This document shows positions 18,081 to 26,453 of a stretch of DNA of 64,000 nt, in pieces. The position numbers were made by a program, and so were the translations under genes. A model generated the notes under the pieces. That model did no database searches. It was not told the DNA's origin and saw nothing but the letters and a program-made list of their open reading frames with translations. The stretch spans positions 348,484 through 412,483 of the forward strand of contig DASPNR010000042.1 in NCBI GenBank assembly GCA_035626395.1, read 5' to 3'. The number at the start of each line of letters is the position of its first letter. Position 1 is the first letter of the stretch. This stretch comes from Candidatus Limnocylindrales bacterium. Its GTDB lineage: Bacteria > Desulfobacterota > Binatia > UBA1149 > CAITLU01.

Positions 18081-21000
18081 TCAGCGTTCGGTAGCGGCCG
18101 GCGCGACCGGGCCCGGCAGGGGCTGGCGGCGCCGCGCGGAGCGTTCGGTCAGGCCGCGAATGACCGTATAGAACACCGGCGTGAAGAAGATGCCGAAGAT
18201 CGTCACGCCCAGCATGCCCGAGAAGACGGCGATGCCCAGGGCGAAGCGCATCTCGGAGCCGGCGCTGGAGCCGCGGATCAGCGGCAGCACACCGAGCAGG
18301 AACGCCAGCGACGTCATCAGGATGGGGCGCAGGCGCACGTGGCTCGCCTCCACCACCGCCTCCAGGCGGCCCTTTCCCTGATCCTCGAGCTGCTTGGCGA
18401 ACTCCACGATCAGGATCGCGTTCTTGGCGGCCAGGCCGATCAGCACGACGAAGCCGATCTGCGTGAAGATGTTGTTGTCCGAGCCGGTCAGCCATACACC
18501 CGTCAACGCCGCCAGCAGGCACATCGGCACGATCAGCACGATGGCCAGCGGCAGCGACCAGCTTTCGTAGAGCGCGGCCAGCACCAGGAACACCAGCAGC
18601 GCGCCGAGCGCGAACACGAATACGGCGGTGTTGCCCTGCTGCCTCTGCTGCAGCGCGATCTCGGTCCACTCGATGCCGGTATTGGGCGGCAGCTCGCGCC
18701 GCGCGAGCGCTTCCATCATCGCGATCGCATCGCCCGTGCTGACGCCGGGACGCGAGGCGCCCGAGATCTCGGCTGCCGGGAACATGTTGTAACGGTTGAT
18801 CGCCGCCGGGCCCGTGATGTCGCGCACGGCCACCATCGTCCCGAGCGGCACCATCTCGCCGCGGTCGTTGCGCACCTGCAGCTTGGCGATGTCGCTGGCT
18901 TCCATGCGCTCGCTGGCCTCGGCCTGCACGATCACCTGCCAGTTGCGGCCGAAGCGCGTGAAGTCGTTGGCGTAGGCCGAGCCGAGATAGACCTGCAGCG
19001 TCTCGAAGACGTCGTCGAGCCCCACGCCGAGCGCTTTGGCCTTGGTCCGGTCCAGGTCCAGGTAGATCTCGGGCATGCTGGCGCGGAAGCTCGAGAACAG
19101 CCCGACCAGCCCCGGCTGCGCGTTGCCCGCGCGAATCAGCCCTTCGGTCGCGGCCTGCAGCCGCTGCGGCCCGAGGTCGCCGCGGTCCTGCACGTACAGC
19201 TTGAAGCCGGCGGTGTTGCTCAGGCCCGGCACCGCCGGAGCGCCGAAGACGACCATGGCGGCGTCCTGGATCTCCAGGAAACGCTTGCGCAGGTTGGCGG
19301 CCACCGCGTTCGCCGAAAGGCCGCGCGCGACGCGCTCCTCGTGCGGCTCCAGGATGATGAACAGACCGCCCTGGCTCGAGATGTTGCTGCGCGCGAGCAG
19401 CGAGAAGCCGGGCAGACGGATCGTGTGCGCGACGCCGGGCGTGGAGTGCAGGATCTCATCCACGCGCGCCATCACTTCCTTGGTGCGTGACAGGCTCGAG
19501 CCGTCGGGGAGCTGGACGTTGCCGATCAGATAGCCCTTGTCCTGCTCGGGAATGAAGCCGGCCGGAACGCTCTCGAACAGCAGGCCGGTCACTCCCATCA
19601 GCCCTGCGTAGACGACCAGCATCAGGACGCCGTGACGCACCACGCGCGAGACGCCTGCGCTGTAGCGCGTGGTCAGCCGCCCGAAGCCGGCATTGAACAG
19701 GTCGAAGATGCGCAGCAGGCCGCGGTTGATCGGCGCCGCGAAAATCCAGCCGACGATCGCGCCGATTGCCGCCAGCGCGAGCCAGGGGCCCCACGCCGAC
19801 CAGCCGGTGGCGGAATGCGCAGCGTGCGACGGGTCGCCGAGCAGGGATGTCATCGTCGGCTCGAGCAGCCATGCCAGCGCAACGCCCGCGGCCAGCGCGA
19901 TGCCGATGCGCGGCAGCGCCTCGCGCTCTTCGACCTCGTGACGAGGCTTGATCAGCAGCACCGCGCGCGCCGGCGCCATCGTCATCGCGTTGATCGCCGA
20001 GATGATGGTGGAGGCGGCGATGGTCAGGCCGAACTGCCGGTAGAACTCGCCGCTGATGCCGGTGACGAAGGCGGTGGGAATGAAGACCGAGGCCAGCACC
20101 AGCGTGATGGCGATGACGGGGCCGGTGATCTCTTCCATCGCCTTCAGCGTCGCTTCGCGCGCGGGCAGCCCCTTGTCCATCCAGCGCGAGACGTTCTCGA
20201 CGACGACGATGGCATCGTCGACCACGATGCCGATGGCCAGCACCAGGCCGAACAGCGACAGGTTGTTGAGCGAGAAGCCGAGCAGCGACATCACCGCGAA
20301 CGTGCCGATCAGCGACACCGGCACGTCGATCATCGGCAGCAGCGTGGCGCGCCAGTCCTGCAGGAACAGCAGCACGACCAGGAACACCAGCACGAATGCC
20401 TCGATCAGTGTCTTGTAGACCTCGTTGATCGACTCGGCCACGAACGTGGTGGTGTCGTAGACGATGCGGTACTCGACGCCCTCGGGGAAGGATTTGGCCA
20501 GCTCGTCCATCGCGTCCCGGACGTCCTGCGCCAGCTCGACCGCGTTCGCGCCCGGCAGCGGGAAGATGGCCATGCCGGCCGACGGCGCGCCGTCGAGGAA
20601 GCTGGCGCCGTCGTAGCTGCGCGCGCCGAGCTCCACGCGCGCAACCTCGCGAAGCCGCGTGATGGCGCCGTCCTCGCCTGTCTTGATGACGATGCTGCCG
20701 AACTCCTCGGGCTCGAGCAGGCGCCCGAGCGTGCGCACCGTGTACTGGAAGTCGGTGCCGGCGGGCACCGGCTCCTGCCCGATGCGCCCGGCCGCGACCT
20801 GTACGTTCTGCTCGCGAAGCGCGCGGATGACGTCGCCGGCCGACATGCCGAGCGCCGCCAGCTTGGCGGGGTCCAGCCACACCCGCATGCTGTAGTCGCG
20901 CGCGCCGAGCAGGCTGAGGTCGCCGACGCCGGGCAGGCGCGCGATGTGCTCGCGGATGTTCAGCGTCGTGTAGTTGCTCAGGTAGATCTGGTCGTAGCGT

Positions 21001-21443
21001 TTGTCGGGCGAGATGACGTTGACGACCAGCAGCATGTTGGGCGAGCGCTTGCGCACCGTCACGCCCTGGCGGCGCACTTCTTCGGGAAGTCGCGGCTCGG
21101 CGATGGCGACACGGTTCTGCGTCAGCACCTGCGCGGTATCGAGGTCGGTTCCGAGCTGGAAGGTGACCTCGATGTTGAGCGCGCCGTCGTTGGTCGACCG
21201 CGAGAGCATGTAGAGCATGTTCTCGACGCCGTTGACTTCCTGCTCGATGGTGGCCGCCACGGTCGACGCCACCACCTCGGCGTTGGCGCCGGGATAGACG
21301 GTGGAGATGCTGATGGTCGGCGGCACGATCTCCGGATACTGCTCGACCGCCAGGTTGGGCAGCGCGACCAGTCCGAGAACGACGATGACGACCGACAGGA
21401 CGGTGGCGAAGACGGGACGGTCGATGAAGAAGCGAGCGAGCAC
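18081..21443 (-). CDS. RND multidrug efflux transporter permease (HAE1/AcrB family)
   Basis: MLARFFIDRPVFATVLSVVIVVLGL N-terminus; 12-TM architecture with two large periplasmic loops. The ORF track shows a GTG start. Confidence 0.9.
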   Translation of the reverse strand: MLARFFIDRPVFATVLSVVIVVLGLVALPNLAVEQYPEIVPPTISISTVYPGANAEVVASTVAATIEQEVNGVENMLYMLSRSTNDGALNIEVTFQLGTDLDTAQVLTQNRVAIAEPRLPEEVRRQGVTVRKRSPNMLLVVNVISPDKRYDQIYLSNYTTLNIREHIARLPGVGDLSLLGARDYSMRVWLDPAKLAALGMSAGDVIRALREQNVQVAAGRIGQEPVPAGTDFQYTVRTLGRLLEPEEFGSIVIKTGEDGAITRLREVARVELGARSYDGASFLDGAPSAGMAIFPLPGANAVELAQDVRDAMDELAKSFPEGVEYRIVYDTTTFVAESINEVYKTLIEAFVLVFLVVLLFLQDWRATLLPMIDVPVSLIGTFAVMSLLGFSLNNLSLFGLVLAIGIVVDDAIVVVENVSRWMDKGLPAREATLKAMEEITGPVIAITLVLASVFIPTAFVTGISGEFYRQFGLTIAASTIISAINAMTMAPARAVLLIKPRHEVEEREALPRIGIALAAGVALAWLLEPTMTSLLGDPSHAAHSATGWSAWGPWLALAAIGAIVGWIFAAPINRGLLRIFDLFNAGFGRLTTRYSAGVSRVVRHGVLMLVVYAGLMGVTGLLFESVPAGFIPEQDKGYLIGNVQLPDGSSLSRTKEVMARVDEILHSTPGVAHTIRLPGFSLLARSNISSQGGLFIILEPHEERVARGLSANAVAANLRKRFLEIQDAAMVVFGAPAVPGLSNTAGFKLYVQDRGDLGPQRLQAATEGLIRAGNAQPGLVGLFSSFRASMPEIYLDLDRTKAKALGVGLDDVFETLQVYLGSAYANDFTRFGRNWQVIVQAEASERMEASDIAKLQVRNDRGEMVPLGTMVAVRDITGPAAINRYNMFPAAEISGASRPGVSTGDAIAMMEALARRELPPNTGIEWTEIALQQRQQGNTAVFVFALGALLVFLVLAALYESWSLPLAIVLIVPMCLLAALTGVWLTGSDNNIFTQIGFVVLIGLAAKNAILIVEFAKQLEDQGKGRLEAVVEASHVRLRPILMTSLAFLLGVLPLIRGSSAGSEMRFALGIAVFSGMLGVTIFGIFFTPVFYTVIRGLTERSARRRQPLPGPVAPAATER

Positions 21444-21449
21444 GTGGCG

Positions 21450-22868
21450 TCAGTTCGCGGCGCCGCGCCGCGGTGGCGATGAGCCTGTGCCCGGCTGCTG
21501 CGCCGCAGCGTTGCCCGTGCCGGCGCCGGGCTGCGGCGCGGCGGCGCTGCCTGCGCCGGTGCCCGGCTGCTGCGCCGCTGCGCTGCCTGTGCCGGCGCCG
21601 GCCGGCGTCGCGGCGGCGTTGCCTGCGCCTGGAGTGCCTGCCGGCCCGTTGCTTGCGCCGGCCGCGCCGAGAATGCCGCCGGAGGGCTCGGGCGCCGCGG
21701 CTACCGCATCCATGGTCGTTTCGTGCGCGACGACCGTGATGCCCGGGCGCGCGCGCAGCAGGCCGTTGACGATGACGCGCTCGTGCTCGCCGACGCCGCT
21801 GAGCACCGCTCGCATGCCATCGTCGGTGCGCTGGCCCAGGCGCACGATGCGGGGCTCGACCACGCTCTGATCGTTGACCACCAGCACGTACTTGTTGCTC
21901 TGATCGGTGCCGATGGCGCGATCGGGCACCAGCAGGGACGGCACCGGCGGCCCCAGGCTCAACCGCACGCGCACGAACAGGCCCGGCTGAAACAGGTTGT
22001 CGGGGTTGGCGAAGACGGCGCGCGCGCGAATGGTGCCGGTGGTCGGGTCGGCCTGGTTGTCGACGAAATCGAGCACGCCCTTGTGCGGATAGCCGGTCTC
22101 GTTGGCCAGACCCACGTAGACGGGCAGGTTGAGACTTCGGATGTCGGCCGGCGCCACGCGCTGTCCTGCGGCAAGACGCCGCTCGCGCTGGTGCAGGACC
22201 ATGCGCTCGTCGCAGTCGAAGTAGGCATAGAGAGGGTCGGTCGCGACGATGGTGGACAGCACCGGCGAGTTGACTCCGGCCTGCACCAGGTTGCCGACGG
22301 TGACGGCGGTGTTGCTGATGCGGCCGCTGATCGGCGCGGTCACGCGCGTGAACTCGAGGTCCAGGCGCGCGGCATCGAGCTTGGCCTGTGCCGCGCGAAT
22401 CTCGGCGGTGGCCGAATCGCGCGCCGCCACGGCCGTCTCCAGCTCGCTCTTGCTGGCGGCGCCCTGCGGCAGAAGTCTCGTGGCGCGCGCGACGTCCGCC
22501 TCGGCCTTGCGCAGCGCCGCCTGCCAGCGGCCGACGTCGCCGCTCGCCTGCGCGGCCGCGGCCTCGTACGGACGAGGATCGATGACGAACAGGATCTGGC
22601 CTTTCTCCACCATCGCGCCGTCGGTGAAGTTCACCTCGACCAGGTAGCCCGAGACTCGTGCGCGGATCTCGACCTTGTCGACCGCCTCCATGTGGCCGCT
22701 GGCCTCGAACATGTCCTCGACCGGCCGGACCACGGGACGGGCCACGCTGACCTCGGGCGGCGGCAGCTCGGCAACTGCCGGGCCGCGGTTGCCGCAGGCG
22801 GTCAGCGCGGGCAGCGCCGCGAGCATCATCGCGGCCAGCAGGGGCGAGCGCGGGCGAGCTTCAATCAT
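21450..22868 (-). CDS. RND efflux periplasmic adaptor (membrane fusion protein) lipoprotein with repetitive Gly/Ala/Pro/Gln-rich C-terminal tail
   Basis: Lipobox LTAC. Biotinyl/lipoyl-like and beta-barrel MFP motifs (VTAPISGRISN, VVPDRAIG). Start ATG 22868 overlaps the OMP gene end by 8 nt. Confidence 0.85.
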   Translation of the reverse strand: MIEARPRSPLLAAMMLAALPALTACGNRGPAVAELPPPEVSVARPVVRPVEDMFEASGHMEAVDKVEIRARVSGYLVEVNFTDGAMVEKGQILFVIDPRPYEAAAAQASGDVGRWQAALRKAEADVARATRLLPQGAASKSELETAVAARDSATAEIRAAQAKLDAARLDLEFTRVTAPISGRISNTAVTVGNLVQAGVNSPVLSTIVATDPLYAYFDCDERMVLHQRERRLAAGQRVAPADIRSLNLPVYVGLANETGYPHKGVLDFVDNQADPTTGTIRARAVFANPDNLFQPGLFVRVRLSLGPPVPSLLVPDRAIGTDQSNKYVLVVNDQSVVEPRIVRLGQRTDDGMRAVLSGVGEHERVIVNGLLRARPGITVVAHETTMDAVAAAPEPSGGILGAAGASNGPAGTPGAGNAAATPAGAGTGSAAAQQPGTGAGSAAAPQPGAGTGNAAAQQPGTGSSPPRRGAAN

Positions 22869-24483
22869 GATCGTCCAGCATGCTGCCCCAGGCGGTGCGT
22901 GCCCGCATCTGTGCCTTGGCGCGCTCGGAGACGAAGTCGCTGCCCTCGCGGATCTCCCAGCCGCCGCCGAGGGCGCGATAGAGCGAGACGAGGCTGGCCG
23001 CCTCGGTGCCGCGGATCTGGACGTAACGGTCGTGCGCCTCGACGAGGAACTGCTGGGTATCGAGGACACGCGTATAGTCGGCGGCGCCTTCGCGGTACTG
23101 GATCAGCGCCAGGTCGACGGCGCGCTGGGCCGCGGCGATGCTGTGCTCGAGCGCAATCGCCTGCTCGCGCGCGCCGCGGTAGCTGGCGATGGCGTTCTCG
23201 ACCTCGCGCTGCGCCTGCAGCACCTGGCCTTCGTAATCCGACAGCAGCGACTGGAAGCGCGCGTCCTGGATCCGGACCTCGTGGGCTATGCGGCCGAAGT
23301 CGAGGATGCGCCAGCGGAACTGCGGGCCGCCGAACGCTTCGAGCGCGCTGCCCTTGAAGAGATCGACGCCGTCTTCGGCCGCCACGCCGATGCTGCCCGT
23401 CAGGGACAGGCTCGGCATGTACTCGGTCTTGGCAATGCCGATGCGCGCACTCTGGGCGGCGAGCCGTCGCTCGGCAGCGCGAACATCGGGCCGGCGGCGA
23501 AGCAGCTCGGCTGGCACGCCCACGCGAACGACGTCGGGAACGACGGGGATCTCGGCCCGTCCTTCGTGCAGCTCGGGCAGCGCGGTGGGAGCCACGCCCA
23601 GAAGCACCGACAGGGCATGCTCGCTGATGCGAAGCTGCGCTTCCAGGTTGGGCAGCAGCGCGCGGGTGTTCTCGAGCAGCGAAGCCGCCTGAGCGGCGTC
23701 CAGCTCGGTGACGGCGCCGCCGCGGAAGCGCACGTCGGCGATCTCGAAGCTCTGCTGCTGGATGTCCAGGTTGCGGCGCGCCACGGCCATGCGCTTCTGC
23801 AGCGTGCGGTAGCGGACGTACTCGGAAGCGACTTCGCCGAGCAGGCTCACCAGCACGTCGTCGTAGGTGGCGATGCTGGCCAGCATCTCGGCGTCGGCAG
23901 CTTCGATGGCGCGTCGGTACTTGCCCCACAGGTCGATCTCCCAGGATGCGTCGTAGCCGAGGGACCACTCGCGCAGCGCGCCGCTCGGGCCCGAGCCTCC
24001 GGCCGCCGCCGAGGCCCTGGCCGTCGCGGTCTGCGCGCTGGGATCGGTGAAGGCCAGGCCACCGCGGGCCGAATGGTCCTGGGGAAAAAGGTCGGCGCGC
24101 GCCAGGCCTCGTCGCGCGCGCGCCTCGAGCACACGGGCGCCGGCGCTGGCCAGGTCGGTGTTGTTGGCGTACGCCTGCGCGATGAGCGAATCGAGCGCGG
24201 GGTCGGCGAAGATGCTCCACCAGGTCCGGTAGTCGGCGGGCTCGGCGGTGACGGAGATCCCGTCGGCTCCGCGCCACTGCTCCGACAGCGGCGGCGGCGG
24301 CGTGGCGTAATTGGGCCCTAGCATGCAGCCGCACAGGAGGGCGGATGAGACGGCACACGGGAGCAGGCGCGCGCCGGCACGGGAGGCGTTGGATGAGAGG
24401 TGCGGCAACGGAGACCCCGCTGCGGTCTGTTTCGCCCAGGCGGAGGTGATTCGCAATAAAGGGCGTGCGCCCGGGCAACGCAC
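22861..24483 (-). CDS. RND efflux outer membrane factor lipoprotein (NodT/OprM family)
   Basis: Lipobox LLCGC followed by MLGPNYATPP, the typical OMF start. Two repeated TolC-like halves. Exact start uncertain (long n-region). Confidence 0.8.
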   Translation of the reverse strand: MRCPGARPLLRITSAWAKQTAAGSPLPHLSSNASRAGARLLPCAVSSALLCGCMLGPNYATPPPPLSEQWRGADGISVTAEPADYRTWWSIFADPALDSLIAQAYANNTDLASAGARVLEARARRGLARADLFPQDHSARGGLAFTDPSAQTATARASAAAGGSGPSGALREWSLGYDASWEIDLWGKYRRAIEAADAEMLASIATYDDVLVSLLGEVASEYVRYRTLQKRMAVARRNLDIQQQSFEIADVRFRGGAVTELDAAQAASLLENTRALLPNLEAQLRISEHALSVLLGVAPTALPELHEGRAEIPVVPDVVRVGVPAELLRRRPDVRAAERRLAAQSARIGIAKTEYMPSLSLTGSIGVAAEDGVDLFKGSALEAFGGPQFRWRILDFGRIAHEVRIQDARFQSLLSDYEGQVLQAQREVENAIASYRGAREQAIALEHSIAAAQRAVDLALIQYREGAADYTRVLDTQQFLVEAHDRYVQIRGTEAASLVSLYRALGGGWEIREGSDFVSERAKAQMRARTAWGSMLDDHD

Positions 24484-24527
24484 GCGCTAGTTAGGCGCGC
24501 GCGCGGTTTTGTGGCAACGAGGACGAC

Positions 24528-26453
24528 GTGAGCAACGGCGAACAAGGCAACGGCTGGTCCATCATCAAGAGCTCCGATCTGTATCAGGTCCGGGGCTGGG
24601 GCGAGCCGTACTTCTCGATCAGCGAGCAGGGCACGCTGCTGGTCACGCCCGATCCGGAGAAGCCGAACCGCAAGATCGACCTCTACGAGCTGGTCGGCGA
24701 TCTGGAAGCGCGCGGGCTGGATCTGCCGCTGCTGATCCGCTTCAGCGACATCCTCAAGGACCGCATCCGGCGCCTCAACGAGTGCTTCCACAAGGCGATC
24801 GCCGACTACGGCTATCCGGGCACCTACCGCGGCGTCTTCCCGGTCAAGGTCAATCAGCAGAAACACCTGATCGATGAAGTGGTCGAGTTCGGGCAGCCCT
24901 GGCAGTACGGGCTGGAGGCCGGATCGAAGCCGGAGCTGCTGATCGCGCTGTCGGCAATCAGCGATCCCAACGGCCTGATCATCTGCAACGGCTACAAGGA
25001 TCGGAAGTACATCGAGACCGCGCTTCTGGCGCAGCGATTCGGCAAGACGGTGATCGTCGTGCTGGAGCGGCCCGAGGAGCTCGATTTCGCGCTGGAGGCG
25101 TTCGAGAAGACCGGCATCCGGCCCTGCCTGGGCGTGCGCGCCAAGCTGTCGTCGCGCGGGGTGGGGCGCTGGAAGAACTCGGCCGGCGATCGCGCCAAGT
25201 TCGGCCTGACGGTCAGCGAGATCGTGGAGGTGTGCGACCGCCTCGGCGCCGCGCAGATGCTGGACTGCCTGCAACTGCTGCACTTCCACATCGGCAGCCA
25301 GATCTCGAGCATCATCCCGATCAAGAACGCGATGCAGGAGGCGGCCAACCTCTACGTGGAGCTGGCCAAGCTCGGTGCCGAGATGCACTACATCGACGTC
25401 GGCGGCGGCCTGGCGGTCGACTACGACGGCTCCAAGACCGACTACCACGCCTCCAAGAACTACAACGTGCAGGAGTATGCGCACGACGTCGTGGCGGCCA
25501 TCCAGGAGGCGTGCACGAAGGCATCCCTGCCGTGCCCGACCATCATCAGCGAGAGCGGGCGCGCGGTGAGCGCGCATCAATCGGTGCTGGTGTTCGAGGT
25601 GGTGGGGACGCACGAGGTGCGGACCGATGAGGCGGCCGATCCGGGCCCCGGTGCGCATTCGGTGCTGCGCCACCTCTACGAGACGTATCTCGGAATCCAG
25701 CCGAAGAACCTGCAGGAGGCGTATCACGACGCGCAGCAGGGCAAGGAAGAGGCCGAGAGTCTGTTCAAGCTGGGCTTCCTGAGCCTGCGCGAGCGCGGCC
25801 AGGCCGAGCGGCTGTTCTGGGGATGCTGCGCCAAGATCGCGGCCACGGCGCGGCGCCTCAAGCGGGTTCCCGAAGAAGTGGCCGAGCTGCCCGAGCAGCT
25901 GGCGGCGATCTACTACGGCAACTTCTCCGTGTTCCAATCCGTGCCCGACAGCTGGGCGATCGACCAGCTCTTTCCGATCCTGCCCATCCACCGGCTCAAC
26001 GAGGAGCCGACGGTGCGATGCGTGGTGGCGGATCTGACCTGCGACAGCGACGGAAAGATCGACCGCTTCATCGACGTCGAAGATCCCAAGCAGGTGCTCG
26101 AGGTGCACAAGGTGCGGCCGGATCAGCCGTACATGATGGCGATCTTCATGGCGGGCGCATACCAGGAGATCCTCGGCGACCTTCACAACCTCTTCGGCGA
26201 TACCAACGCGGTGCACGTGCGGCTGTCGGAGGACGGAGAGGACGACTACGAGGTCAGCCACGTGGTCAAGGGCGATTCGATTCACGAGGTGCTCGATTAC
26301 GTGGAGTACGAGCCGAGCGTGATGGTCGAGCGGATGCGGCTGCAGGCCGAGCGCGCCAAACGCGAAGGGCGCATTACCGTCGATCAGGTCAAGCTGCTGC
26401 TCAAGCATTACGAAGAGAGCCTCGGCAGCTATACCTATCTCACCGACGATTGA
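24528..26453 (+). CDS. speA: Biosynthetic arginine decarboxylase
   Basis: YGYPGTYRGVFPVKVNQQ, HFHIGSQ, YIDVGGGLAVDYDGS motifs of SpeA (PLP fold-III decarboxylase). Length 641 aa. Confidence 0.9.
   Translation: MSNGEQGNGWSIIKSSDLYQVRGWGEPYFSISEQGTLLVTPDPEKPNRKIDLYELVGDLEARGLDLPLLIRFSDILKDRIRRLNECFHKAIADYGYPGTYRGVFPVKVNQQKHLIDEVVEFGQPWQYGLEAGSKPELLIALSAISDPNGLIICNGYKDRKYIETALLAQRFGKTVIVVLERPEELDFALEAFEKTGIRPCLGVRAKLSSRGVGRWKNSAGDRAKFGLTVSEIVEVCDRLGAAQMLDCLQLLHFHIGSQISSIIPIKNAMQEAANLYVELAKLGAEMHYIDVGGGLAVDYDGSKTDYHASKNYNVQEYAHDVVAAIQEACTKASLPCPTIISESGRAVSAHQSVLVFEVVGTHEVRTDEAADPGPGAHSVLRHLYETYLGIQPKNLQEAYHDAQQGKEEAESLFKLGFLSLRERGQAERLFWGCCAKIAATARRLKRVPEEVAELPEQLAAIYYGNFSVFQSVPDSWAIDQLFPILPIHRLNEEPTVRCVVADLTCDSDGKIDRFIDVEDPKQVLEVHKVRPDQPYMMAIFMAGAYQEILGDLHNLFGDTNAVHVRLSEDGEDDYEVSHVVKGDSIHEVLDYVEYEPSVMVERMRLQAERAKREGRITVDQVKLLLKHYEESLGSYTYLTDD

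Noticed and set aside
24318-26408. 696-aa minus-strand ORF
   Set aside because: Antisense to speA, which has unambiguous decarboxylase motifs.
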